Assembly: GCA_045837725.1 (NCBI GenBank)
Contig: JBEWZL010000101.1
Coordinates: forward strand, 1-64,000
Direction of reading: 5' to 3'
Origin: Vermamoeba vermiformis
Taxonomy: Eukaryota
Length of the DNA stretch: 64,000 nt
The position numbers and the translations under genes are program-made. Shown piece by piece: positions 36,265 to 49,541 of this stretch (position 1 is its first letter; every line of letters starts with the position of its first letter). The notes under the pieces are model-generated. The model was not told where the DNA came from. It saw only the letters and a program-made list of their open reading frames with translations, and did not search any database.

Positions 36265-37950
36265 TCAAAACGAGTTCTTGTGAATGACCGCGGCACCACG
36301 CTCCTCGTACTCAGCCTTCGTGACCCACTTGTCGTTGAACGTGCTCATGAGGGACAACACGCTGCCACCCATCCACGCGGAATAATTCCTCGTGTTCGGC
36401 ACCACGACGCGCAATTTGATGCCCGAAGGTGTTAGGGCCTGCAGCTCTCTTAACAATCGCTCGTTCAATCCGTCCAGCATCGATGTGCCGCCGCTGAGTT
36501 GCACTCGCTCGTACAATTCTCGTCGAATGCTCATGTCGCACTTGTTGACTGTGTTGTAGATGAGCTAAAAATAGGATTCAATCGTCAGTAACTGCATGTC
36601 AGTACCATCAATGACACGTGTCAAAAATCTAACAAAATTTCACGCAAAGGATTCAACCGTGCATCTTGTTTTAAGAAAGTAATATTTCATGGCGATTGTA
36701 CTATATTGTTATTAATATTGCCCGTTGTTTTATCGTTCGTACCTCGTGCAGACCAGCACTCTCGTCCTGTCCAATCAGCGCAGGGTTGAACAGAGCTTCA
36801 GCGCACTGATACCGCTCACCACCGAGTCCTGCCTCGTTCACTGGCTCGGCTAGTTTAGCGCTCAAATCATCTCTGCGCGGTACTACTGCGCAATACTGCT
36901 CCTTCAATTGTCTCGCTGCGTTGAAGTCCAACACGCCACTCGAGGGTTGGTAACTTGAAATTTCAGTTAGTGATATCGCCACGTGGTTATTACTAAATAT
37001 GGCAAGTCCTTACTTCCGTTTGTTCAATAATTCCAAGAGATATTTTGTTAAGTCTCGACCACCGACATTGACCTTTTGAAATGCAGCTGGAATAGCGTAC
37101 CCTTCATATATCGGTACTATCTGCGTGGACATGTCGCCGAGCTCCACCATGACACCTGTCAAATTAATTAATCACGTGCTACTACGACAACAAAACTTGG
37201 CTCAAACTCGTTTCATAACATATTTCATATCAGCCAAAACTATAATATATTATGCTGTGATATTAATATTTCCATATTAGGAATACCTGTTAACCTTCCA
37301 CCAATCGAATACAGAGACAATAAGCCTTGCAAAACAATCAACAATGAGGGCACCTTGTTCTCTTCAAACATTATTTGTGCTGTTGTTTCGCGTGCTTGTT
37401 TCGTGTTGAATAGTGTTTCGGTAAGTAGGACTTTGCGTTCCGATGCTTTGCAATTTAATTGGTTGAAGGCGCTGTCCCAGATCTAGCGACAAAATTGTAC
37501 CGTCAATAAAATTTCAATTAGTAAATAATTATTTAGGCACTCACTAATCTCATATTATCAAAGTCTTTAATCACGCCATATTCAATAGGATAGGAGTAGT
37601 TGTAAGAATTGTCGGAGGAAAAAGAACCGACCACAGGAGTGGGATCTGCAACACAAAGTTAAAATACTAAATAAAATACAAAAAAATATGGCAATAATTA
37701 CCGTTAGCTTTTCGGCCAATTACTGAAGGAAATATCACCGATGGTTTTTCGTAGCCACCAAATCCAGCTTTTATCGAGTCTGCAACGAGGTACAGTTAGC
37801 TTATTTATTACAAATAATTTAAAATTGTTCAAATAATGCTAGAAAACATCTTTGAAGCCCCAAACAAATTTAAATTAGTAGTCTTTTTTTAATTTAACCA
37901 AGCCTCCTACCAGATCCGCAATCAATAACAACGGGGTCTAGATCCTCCAT
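36265..37950 (-). CDS. Divergent actin-related protein
   Basis: PVVIDCGSDSIKAGFGG, PSVIFPSVIGR, YPIEYGVIKDFD, VLLTETLFNTKQARE, QIMFEE, TQIVPIYEGYAIP, VGGRDLTKYL, ERYQCAEALFNP, LSGGTSMLDGLNERL, YSAWMGGSVL, WVTKAEYEERG. Confidence 0.9.
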
Positions 37951-38134
37951 ATTAATTATTACACTTGTTGTTTTGGTTTCTGTCTCGTGTGATTTAGCGA
38001 ACTCAATTCGACCAGGAATTTAACGCGGTGTTTACTAAATTTATTTCTGATTAAAGACCACAGCAATTGAATAATTTAGCATAAATTTTGTCAGTAATTG
38101 AATTATTCGAACTACGGATTGACCAATAAAGAAG

Positions 38135-39071
38135 ATGGAACCAAACTCAGCTTTGCCGCCTCTCGTAACACTGCCAGATCAAATCAAAATTCAAAGTGAG
38201 AAATTATTTAATTACAACATGGCGATATGAACGCTAACGTGTTATTAATTAAGAGGTCAAACTGCCAGAATATTCCGAATTTTTTAACACATTTGTTGGG
38301 GTGACCGACACTTCGAACTGGCTCGTGCCAAAGAGGTAATAATAATTTCTTTATAATATTTAATTAGTATTTAATTATCAGAGTATTAATGAGTGCTTAT
38401 CCTGGTTCACTGGATGCAGCTGAAGCAACCCAAAAATTGAAAGCCTTTCTTTCGGCAGGTACGTTTAATTCCAAGTATTAATGGTCGCTCACACATTATA
38501 GGCATTACTACATACGTATGCTTACAACCATCGGACGAGTTAACGCGCTTCAGATCCTATCGCGACGAATTAACCGAGCTGAACGAACAAAATGAAAACA
38601 AATTGCCTTTGCAATACATTAACTTCGAGATTCCAGGTAGGTCCTATATGATCCTATACATAATAATTCGTTAGTCTAACACGTAATTCTAGATATGTTT
38701 ATTAGCGAACATAATGAAGTGGATCGGTTCACTGACGAACTGGTCGAACGGTACCACAGAGGCGAAAATATCTTGATTCATTGTTGGGGCGGGCACGGTC
38801 GCACTGGCACAATAGCTTCGATATTCTACGGTAACACTGCCTTATTCTAACTTGCCAATCGAATCGCTAACATGCACCTTCCAAATTAGGCAAATTATAC
38901 AATCTTCACGCAGACGAAGCGCTGGAACGAGTAGCATTGTACCACAAGTGTCGCCGTACATCTAAATCTAATGCCCCTCAAACAGTTGCTCAGCACGAAC
39001 AAGTGCGACATATTCTAGGCGAGTACCATAAAAAGAGAGCTGCATCCAACTCTGATAACGCGCAAATGTAG
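38135..39071 (+). CDS. Protein tyrosine / dual-specificity phosphatase
   Basis: Active-site motif IHCWGGHGRTGT (CX5R), upstream TDTSNWLVP and LMSAYPG, and Q-loop PQTVAQHEQV. Confidence 0.85.
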
Positions 39072-39150
39072 AATAAAAAGTGTTTCTAATGTATTATCGT
39101 TTACTGATCCATATAATCTTCACTATCAAAGACTACACGACGTATATTTC

Positions 39151-41390
39151 TTAGAAAGGTTGCTCGTTGATGAATCGCTCGAACATGGCTGCAAAAACAA
39201 ACGAATCAGAATATTTCCTAATAAGGAAATAACGCTGCGCAAATAACTTACCGAAAGCAGGAACAGGCTTGAATTGAGGCACCATGTGGCCAGCACCCTT
39301 GACGGTCAAGAAGTAGAAGTTGTGCACGTACTCAGTGACCATGCCGCCGACTTGTTGGTTGTTGTCGTAGTACCATTGGCGCCAAGGATTCTTTTCAGCC
39401 AAGCCCATCAAGTTCGAGGTCCAGTACTCGCTGCCTGTGTAGGGCACGGCAGCGTCAGTATCACCGCTGAAGATCAAGACGCGGATGTTGTTCTGCACGA
39501 GCTTTTGGTGGTAAGGCACCAACGAGTTCTGCAAAATGTCGCTGTTGTAGTTGCTGTTCACAGTTTCGCTGCAAATAGTCCACTCAATGTTTTGTTGGTT
39601 CACGTGGATCGCGCGTTGAACTTCGGGTTTCTAAAATAATCCTCGTAATTAATCATATGAAACGATAATTCATAATTATATATACGCCGCCAATGTTGAT
39701 ACAATGTGCACATTAAAGTTTGCAAATGAAAATTTTGACGGTCAAATGAATTTTCTAGATCGCGTGACTTACGTTCAAGTAGCGAGTGGCCTTGTCAGCG
39801 TCAGTGCAAGGAGGGACCAACATAGTGCTGCGCTTGTGCATAGGCTTCTTGCCCATGAACATACCACCAGGAGTACGGTCATCATTGGGACGTTGGTGGT
39901 AGCATTCGGAGTAGATGTCGTAGATCTGCATCCAAAAATGTAATTAAATACTGACCGACAACAAATACAAATATAATATTATCATTATATATTATATTCT
40001 ATTATTACTCGACAATATTTGAATTAACTAGCGCTTGGTACTTACGTCAATATCGTCCATCAAGTTGTTCACTTGGTTGATGGCGTCTTGGCACTGATTG
40101 CTGTTGGTGTCGTTGCAGTATTGGTTGAGTTGGTTCCAAGTCTTAGTGCTGAATACACCGTGGCCGTAGAGGAACGGGAACAAGGCGACAAATTCGGAAT
40201 CCGCATAAGGATCAGTAACTCCGTTACCAACCATAATACTATCATAGAAAATTATCAATACGATGTAATAATATAAGATATTATATTATCTTATTATTTC
40301 TTACCCCTTCAAGTTAATTTGAGGGTTGCCTTGTTGGTTGCCAGTGACGACTGCAACAGCGGTGGAAGGAACGTAAACTCCGGCCTAATAATACAATATA
40401 AATACACGTACTAATATAATTAAATATAGTAGCTGCTTTTTGGATCAAGCTGACTAAATTTTTAAATTGAACAGATGTGCTACTTACATAAGACTCGCCA
40501 GCAATGTAGAAATCGTTGCCGCGGTATTGAGGGTACTTGGCCAAGAAAGCTTGGATAGCGTTGTAGTTATCGGCAGCTATTAATAGACTCAGTTAATATT
40601 GGACTAACAAACAACGTCAAAGATCCATCAGGATCGCGTGCCAGATCGAGCAGTTTCGTTCTATTCAACCAAAAATATACTATAACGTACCAGTTTGACT
40701 ATCGCTGTTGGAGGTATAATCAGAAGAAGTGTTGCTGTAGCTGAATCCAACACCAGCAGGGGATTCCAAGTAGAGGATGTTGGCGAGCTTGTTCCAGCTA
40801 AAATAACGCAATAAATATTAGTTGCTAAACAAATAATATATGGCGAATATAATACGCACCTTTGAGGTCTGGGGATCAGCTTCAAGTCGTCAGTGCTATC
40901 GTCAAAGATCACGGGACCGTGTTCCTTTCAAATTGAACGATTAATAGCCGCATAAATTAGTATATGCTCTATAGTAATACTCACATAGAAGAAACCGTCC
41001 AAAGAAGAGCAACCAGGACCACTAATAAAATAACAATTAATGCCAGATCGAGACGAAAATCTTTGTCACCAGAAAATTCCAAATAATGTTTAATAAACTT
41101 CATAACGTACCCGTTCAACCACAAAATAAGAGGAGAGCTAGTAGGATTGCGTTGCGATTCGACAAACCAATAATGGAACGCGCGACCATTGGTAGTGTTA
41201 ACGGTCAAATAGCCTGAATATTGACGGGCCAAAGTAGGACCGTTCTATAATAATAATGTAAGTAATTGTGCAATTATGTACAATATCGATCAGCACTCAC
41301 GTAATACGGCAAGTTCTTGATCAGATCGGAGTTTTGCGCCAAGACGGCGAGGGCAGCGAATGCAGCCAACAAGATCAATTGTGCTCTCAT
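39151..41390 (-). CDS. Serine carboxypeptidase, peptidase family S10, secreted
   Basis: Signal peptide [99 protein letters not shown]. Confidence 0.96.
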
Positions 41391-41813
41391 GGTGAAGATG
41401 CAAGCAAAATGAGGCGGACCGGCAAATTGGATTGGGATTGAAACAACAGAAAAGTAGAGAGAAAATTCCCTTTCTTTAATAAATCGTTTCGTCAACCAGA
41501 AATGATCACAATTACTTGAGTTTCTAGCCGGCTGTCTCAATTAATATTGCTGGCTAATGAAGCGCTAATAGAAAGAAGATGGACCGTCCCGTGTGAATCG
41601 TTTTTTTGTTTGTTGCGGAACAACCTGTTTGATTTAATTATTATCAAGTACTAGAACATGCAACTACTACCAGTTAACTTTAGTCGGTAAGTTACTAATC
41701 CGAACTGTTCGGATCAAAATTAAACTTAATTTTGATTTAGAATTAAAAAAACGGCAGAATCTTGCTCGTAAATCGCCGCATTTTTACTAAATTTAATTTT
41801 GTAGTCTCAATTA

Positions 41814-44758
41814 ATGGAACGCAACATTGGAAATGTCAGATTTGTGCGAGTTAAGGATGTTGGCACGAAGCTGAAAAACGAACAATTATATGACAAAATT
41901 CTGCGAGTAGCAGATGATTTTGTTGGTCAAAAGTTGCGCCCTCGAACTCAATATTGGTTTGTGTGGGATCAAAATGTCACCGAATTTCAGATCAAAGGAA
42001 GTTTCGAGCGGTTAGCCCCAGATATACCACATAAAGGCCATTGTATATCTCGATTATATTCAAAAAAACCTGGCAAGAACATTTGTCGCCTCACCCACGC
42101 CCAACATCCACAGATCGAGTTTTTTATTTTTGTCGAAGCGGAAGAAAAACCTCACCCTGCCGACGACGTAGAAGTGCCGAATAATGTTAATACTTATGAT
42201 TATAATAGGTCGTAAGTAACGTTTGGTTTAGTATCAATTTAAAATTACTAACGTGTACAGCTCACCTGTCAATCCGCAAGACGAGACTGCTAATTGGAAT
42301 AACCCCTCTACTAGTACACCAGATATGAATCAGTGTGTAACGCATTCTTGCATCGTGAAATGAATTAACTCGTTGTCCAGTAACACCGCACAAACGGAGA
42401 GCGCAAAGGAACGAGTGAATCTGCTGCTCTTGGTTCCGCCACACAATGAAATACTCCAATTAATCCACGACACACTGACCAGCATGGAATTTCAACAAGA
42501 AGTCGTGTCTAACGATCAATGTCTCTACAGTCGCAGACAGCACATTGACTGGTTCGTGCTACTGTTCCCGTACAGTGAAGTACGAGCGACTTACTTGGCA
42601 CAATATTTACTACTGGCTAGTGAAGCACTGTTGTGTCTGTTTGACAGCCAGCAGCAGCTGGATTTGGTTGTCATTAACCAGATCTTGCATGAAAGCGAAC
42701 ACCTGCAATTATTGACCCAACAGAAGCACTTAGTATCATCACACCTCCATAAAATGGCAATCAACTTCTGGGAAATGGATTTCAGAGTTCAGGCAACAAT
42801 ATCAGTAATTGAGAATGCATTCCGTCAAATGACTAGCCAGTTCAAGCCTTTGGCCGTAGGAGCTTTGCAAGCAAAATATCCTGTTGAACAACCTGCTGCA
42901 CTACGTAGCTATCTCAATGCTTGGCTTTCAACACCTACTTTCACCACAATGAATGTCTATGTGTGCTTCAGATATGAGAAGTCAGTAAGCACACCATTCA
43001 GTCAAGTGCAGCAAAATATCTACCAAGCAGTTAAAGGTGTTGGCATTCCAGTTGAGTCATTTCAAGTTGAATGCATTGTGCAAGGCAGTATTTTGGCCTA
43101 CATATCATGTCCAAGCTCTACATTGTGGCATGTGATGGCAGTGCAAGACAAGTTATTCACAGCCTTTCAATCACACAGCATGGAACTGACAAGCATCTAT
43201 GAAGCCACAATAAGTGATGTTGAACAGTCAATGGCACGTGAAGACAATGCTCCTTACAAGGCAGAGTTGATGGAACTAAAGCAAGTGATGATAAGAGAGG
43301 GAGCCAAACAAGATCCTGACAACAGACAGTAAGTGCTGATAGATTACTAATCTTGACACTTAACTATAATATTTAGGATTTATTACTCAAACAAATTTTC
43401 ACCTGAACAAAGAGAAGCCATTGCTCTCTTTGACCAAGGCAAAGAGAAGTTTGAAGAAGGCAATTATAAAGAAGCTTTGGAAGCTTTCACTAGCGCCAAA
43501 GATCTGTACCCCAATAATGCACAAATACTTCAATACCATGGTGCAACAAATTTCATGTTGAGCAATTACCAAGAAGCTCTTAAAGACTTGCACAACGCAA
43601 ATCTGTTGCAACCAAATAATCAGTTTACCCTCAGCTACAGAGGAGCAACAAGACGGCAGCTCGATGATTATGAGGATGCTTTGGCTGACTTGAATGCAGC
43701 AAATGATCTTCACTCCAATGATGCATTCATATTAAAGCAGCGTGCATTAGCAAAAATCAGTTTGTTTGACTCAGTTGGAGCGTTGGAAGACATAACACAA
43801 GCTATCAAGCTAAACCCCACAGATAAAGAAGGGGTCACTTGGAGAGATAGAATTGTGGTGCTGAAAGACTCACTGAATGGTATGTCACACCTCCTTAAAA
43901 CTGGTAATTAATGGTTTTAGGAAACAAGCTAATTGAAGCAAGTGAATTCAAAATGTTTCATATGATTGGTGAAGGGGCATATAGTGAAGTTTTTCTTGCT
44001 GAATGGCATGGCATAAAGATAGCTGTAAAGAAAGCAAAATCACAGGCACAAAGAGCTGGAGAAAAGATTCTCAGGTATGAAATTTTGAATGAATTTTAAA
44101 TAATAATTACAACAGCTCACTGCAGCACAAACATATTGTTAAAATTGGAGGTGTTGCTACTGATCACATGATCATCATGGAGTACATGAAAGAAGGAACT
44201 CTGAGTGATCACTTAGCTAAAACAATGTTGTCCCACCCAGAAACTATTCAAATTGCATTGGACATTGCAAAAGCACTGAATTATCTCCATTCACTAACAC
44301 CTAAAGTTATCCACTGTGACCTGAAGGATGCTTCTATTATGGTAATTCAACTTCTTATTAATGAGAATCAAGCTAACCAAGTTCATACAGCTCTATGGAG
44401 GTAGAAAGCATGCTAAGCTAGCAGGCTTTATAAATGCAGTTGCTATGGAGAATAACAAAAAGAGAAGAACAGTTCTTGGTATGACATACTTCATGGCGCC
44501 AGAAATACTTGCAGAAGAAGAATATGATGAAAAAGTTGACATCTACAGCTTTGGAGTACTGTTGTACAAAATGAGTTCAAACAACACATTGCCTATATTG
44601 GAGGACGTGCCCGCTTAATACGCATTCAACAAAATGTAAAATATCTAGACCTGTCACAACTAGTGCAAGATTGTTGCGCAACAGATCCAGATAAACGACC
44701 AAGTGCAGCTCAGCTAGTGCAGTACCTCAAAAAGATGAAGAAGGCAATAAAGTTGTAA
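41814..44758 (+). CDS. TPR-repeat protein with a C-terminal degenerate TKL-type kinase (probable pseudokinase); start uncertain
   Basis: TPR repeats at 43430-43860 (YQEALKDLHNANLLQPNN, YEDALADLNAANDLHSND). Kinase motifs IGEGAYSEV, IAVK, IHCDLKDASIM, KLAGF, FMAPE, KVDIYSFGVLLY, DPDKRPSA. Confidence 0.8.
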
Positions 44759-44806
44759 CCCCATATCAGTGCATAAACAGAATTTACTGAATTGAACTTC
44801 AAAGCT

Positions 44807-47800
44807 CTATTTCTTTGGTGGCTTCAGCTTTGCAATTTCCTCCTTCAGTTCTTTGACAAGCTAGTAAAAAGATTAGTATTCAATTGCCGAATGAGATTTG
44901 ACTTACAGGTTCCATGCGTGACTTGGAGGCAGTAGTAGCGAACTCATTCGTGTTGTAAGTCTCCATCCACGCTTCAATCTCTTTGAAGATTGCTTCTTTG
45001 CGCAAGTAGAAGTGTGCTTTAATAACTTCCTCGTAGCCGTAAGCTGAATGAACGGAATTAGGTATCGTGCTTTTAATAATGCAAGCACCTTCACATACCA
45101 GGATTGCGCAGCTGATTGATCATGGCCCACCTGATAGTTTGTTCAAATATGTTCTCGTTGTAACTGCGATTCTGTCGACGACCTTCCGGCGTGTGCATCG
45201 TGCGTTCGTAGCCTAAGCGCACTTGTTAGTAAATGAAGGCAAGCGTTAGTTTGTAGCACGTACCAGGCTCGTTGAAGTAAGGCTCGGGCACCAAGATGAG
45301 TGACTGCACTGACACCAACACTTGCAGCAGCGTCGATGTGTCTTTGTTCCAGTTCTCGCCTTCTGCACCGCTCCATGTGCCCAGCAGTGACAAGCACACT
45401 ACGATGTCAGTGTTATTCTCGTTCACCCATCACGACCACTCTTTCGAATAGCTTACCTTTGCCGTTATTGTACAAGTTGGGGTTGAATCGAACACTGCCG
45501 TTACCCGTGGTCTGAATAACACGTTAAAATGCTTTCACTAATAATCCTTACGTCGCGAACTTACTCTCAACCACACGTTTGGTGGCACGTTAGGATAATC
45601 CTTCGGGAAGAAAATATCGAACAAGAAACACCCGTTGCTGTACGGAGTGTTGCTCGGGCCAGTAATCAGTGCTGTCATCATGTCCATGCGCTTCTCATCT
45701 GAAACAAGAGTTAGTACCTGGTCGGTGATAAGTGCAATATGCTACGTACCCATGCGAGCAAACACCGATGACTCCAAGTTGATGGGCAGTGATGTGGACA
45801 AGTTGCCTGTCTCGGCTGCAAGACGAAGCACACGCTCTTTACTGCTCGCAAAGTCAGTAGCCTGAGCCTTGTAGTAGTGTTGATAAGTGCCGCTCAAGTC
45901 TGCTGCATCGAACTGCATTGGCTGCATAATCTCAATGTACTCGCGCTCATCTTTCAAGTGTTGTTGTCGCTGTTGTTCTGCTGCTGACAAGCCCGAGTTA
46001 TTGTTGTTCGTGTTGTACTCGACTGGTGTCGTGTCCATTTGTTGATGGGTCTAAAAGGAGGCATTAGTATTCGCGTGTCAATCTGCCAAACATGACACGT
46101 GTCAAAGAGGCAATCTTACCTTTCTGTAATGCATCAGTGCGCTCTCAACAAGTGCGTAAGTGTTCAAGATCTCTTGCACGAGTGGTCCGTCAATGGCCTT
46201 GTTTTCACCTTTGTTCACGACCTTCAAATAGATGCTCGCTTGACTGTGCATGCGCGTCATCAGCTCGTACACGGACTGCTTCTGATGCTCGAGTTTGTCC
46301 AACAGTGGAATCAAATCTTCGTTTTCAGTGAACGCTTTGACCACGCCCAACAACACCTTGTACAGCGAGACGTGTCGCTCCATGTCCAGCAGCGAGTCGT
46401 TGTTCAAATAGTGCTCCAACACGGGCACGAGCGCGGACTCTTCGATGGTCAAGAACCGCGTTTGTTTCTCTTCCGCTGCAACTTTGTGCGCGTTCTCTTT
46501 GGCCAAACACTCGCGGATTTCATTCAGCACTAGTTCGTGTTGCGCATCACGCTCTTTCTGTGCAGCAAGGTACGCAGCGACACTCCAGCCGCTGTTGCCG
46601 CGCGAGTCGTGACCGTAGCCAGTACCCTTGGCCCAGTACTCTTTCTTCTCGGCGGGTGCTGCGGGCTGTGTTGGTGCGGGTGTAGCTTCTTTGGGTTTGG
46701 GCGACACGGCAGTATTGGTCGTAGTGACCACTGTCAGTCGCAATTAGAGCTATTATTTAATAGTGCGTAATAATAGTATAATAGGAGGGCGTATATAAAT
46801 ATTGAAAAAGTAGCACGAATAAACCTTTAAAAATTCGTAATATTTTCAAAATTTGAATTGATATTTTTGAAATTAGCCATGTATATAATAATAATACTTA
46901 CGCTCAGCGGGAGTGCTGTACTTGTCTTCTTTGCGGATCTGATACTTTAAGTTGGCACGAGGGAAATGGTCGCTCAATAATTCTAATTGCAATAAGAGCC
47001 ATTCGAGTCGCGTGTATGAACCCTCAGTGAACTTGCTCTTGTCGTTCATGGCCATATCGACATTGACGCGGCCATAGTCCTCCAATAATTTCCTAACAGG
47101 ATCAATGCCGTAATTAAAGACGCGATCTTGAACATTTTCAAGGGTACAAAAACCGACTGTGCTTATCATATTTAATATTTATATTATATAATATCGATTT
47201 GATGTTCATGGATCGATTAGAGAGCTTAAAATAGTCAAAAGAAATGGAAAGCAATTTCAGATCGACTAAAAATTAAGGTATTTAACGGAAAATTGGCGTA
47301 GAAATATTCAATAAAGATAAATATTGCTGATTTGGCACGTCATATACTATACAGCTTTCTGATAGCATAAAACAAGGCTTACTTGATCAGTTCCAAATAG
47401 TAGCTCATATCGCGTACTGGATCCCACTTCTCCAGCTTGAAGCCCTCAAAGCTCGTAATCTACATAATAAGCGTCAATAAGCATTATATCATTAAAACGT
47501 ATCCTTGCAGTAGTGTTCGTTCGTTCAATTCGTTACTAAACAGATCTGATGAAAAACTAAAAATAACTTACGCGTCCCATCATGAAACCAACGAAACGAG
47601 GGCGAACGACTTTAACGAGAGGAGGATAGAACGGGTACAAGTCCATTCTGAAGGTAATATCCAACTCGATGTAGTCGTAGCCAAACTTGGAATTGAGATC
47701 GGCAAGATCCTTAGAAATATTTGTTTTAGGATCAAAGCCGAACATCTTAACGTTCCATCTGTAGATATTGTCGTCGATTGGCTCGGCTGAGAATCCCTAA

Positions 47801-49173
47801 ATTAACAACAAAAGTTATTAGAAAAATATTTTCGTAACGGATCCAAACTTCGCTTGTAGGATGCAATTCGATTTGGTTTACGTTTATAGTATTGATATTA
47901 CATACCAGCTTATCGCTCTCGTCCATAATCTTCAACAAATCGTTCGTCAAGACACCAGTAGCGGCGTTTGAGGTGAAGATCTGTTGTTGTTCAACACGAG
48001 CAGTCTTGCTGTCTTTTTCTTTTTCTTTCTCGCGCTTCAATTGATTTCTGAGTATATAGAGTATTAATTATCAATTCATAATACAACGCCGTTAAATTTG
48101 TTCAAAAAACGCAGATCTGCTAAATATGCAGTACTGATGTGAATTGGATTAAAGTTGTAATTATTAATAAATGCGCATATATGTTGTATTAATATAGTTA
48201 TATTCATACCTAAGTTCTTCTTCTTTCAATCTCCATCTCTTCTTTTTCTTTAACAATTCAAGTTCGTGATCTGCAATCTCCAAACCATCGTCAAAATAGC
48301 TCGCTATAATAATAATTAGTTAATGTATAACCATATGATGTCAATTGAAGCATCGTAGGTATTATTTAGCCGGATGTGACTGAACGTACCGTCCATATCT
48401 TCTTGGCGAGGTTTCTTGGGCTTGGCTTTAGCAGCCTTCTTTTTCTTTTGCAAATCCAACGCTTGAGTCAACAACTCGTTCAACTTCAACGAGGCAGGCG
48501 AGCTATCGATAATCTCGCCGACTTTGTTGATCCACTCCTGAATCTGCTTTGATTTGGTAGAGATAACCTAATTCGAGTATTAATATCGTGCAATTATATA
48601 TTTTATGCTTATCAGCCACAAAAGCGATAATATAGCGGCGTTAAGTGGCTAAGTAACAATTATTTCTATTTTTGAAATTGAATTTTCATATAATTTATAA
48701 TTCCAATAAAATTCTAATCATCTGCCGCACTCATCAGCTCTTTGCTTATCAATGATTTTATCGTATTTAATTCAAAATAGGTGCACCAGAAATATCACAA
48801 CAATTATTTGTGTATTTTCCGCCACGAGCTTTGTGCATTGATTGAATTCGCTTAAATAATTTGCATTATATGTGCATTAATATAGTACTTACGAGCTTAG
48901 TCGAAGAGTTGGGATAGTCATCGGGGTACTTCACATAAAACTCGTCATCTCGGTATAAGAACGTCACTTTGTTGTCAGCATGGTCCAATAATACAATCTA
49001 TAATTTTAATAATTAGCATTTATATTATACTCGCAAATAAAATTTATTTAGCTCAGTTAACGAGCAAATCCCTAACACAGAAAAAGTCAAGATAAATCGC
49101 CTGCAGATCTTACCTCAGCGTCCTCTTGAGTGGACATCCACTCGTCATAATGAGTTTCTATTTCAGACGACAT
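44807..49173 (-). CDS. Large ubiquitin-conjugating enzyme: RWD-like N-terminus, UBE2Q-like UBC fold, BIRC6/UBE2O-like catalytic UBC
   Basis: First fold: [21 protein letters not shown]...[15 protein letters not shown]. Linker [10 protein letters not shown]. Second fold: [67 protein letters not shown]. Confidence 0.9.
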
Positions 49174-49541
49174 GTTGCTTATCACAAAGGGAAGTAGTAA
49201 ATTAACAACGCAAGATTTTTTAGGTCTTTGACTGAAATCATCGCCCCAAACGACACAAACAAATAATAATACTGCAGGCACATATCGTATTAAATATAAT
49301 GACAACCATTAGAACGAGGTAAGCTTATTTAGCTCGATTTCAAATTCAAATCCGATCTCCGACCACATCGCGATCAGAATCTCGTTTGGGCATTATTTAA
49401 ATATTATACGAATATTTTGGTAATGAAGTTGCAGCAAGCCAATTTTTATCAATTAAATAGGTGATATTTATTTACAAAAATGTACAAAAAACGCAGGCAT
49501 TCGAACTCTTAGCCCAAATACCGATTAAAATAAATTAATTC

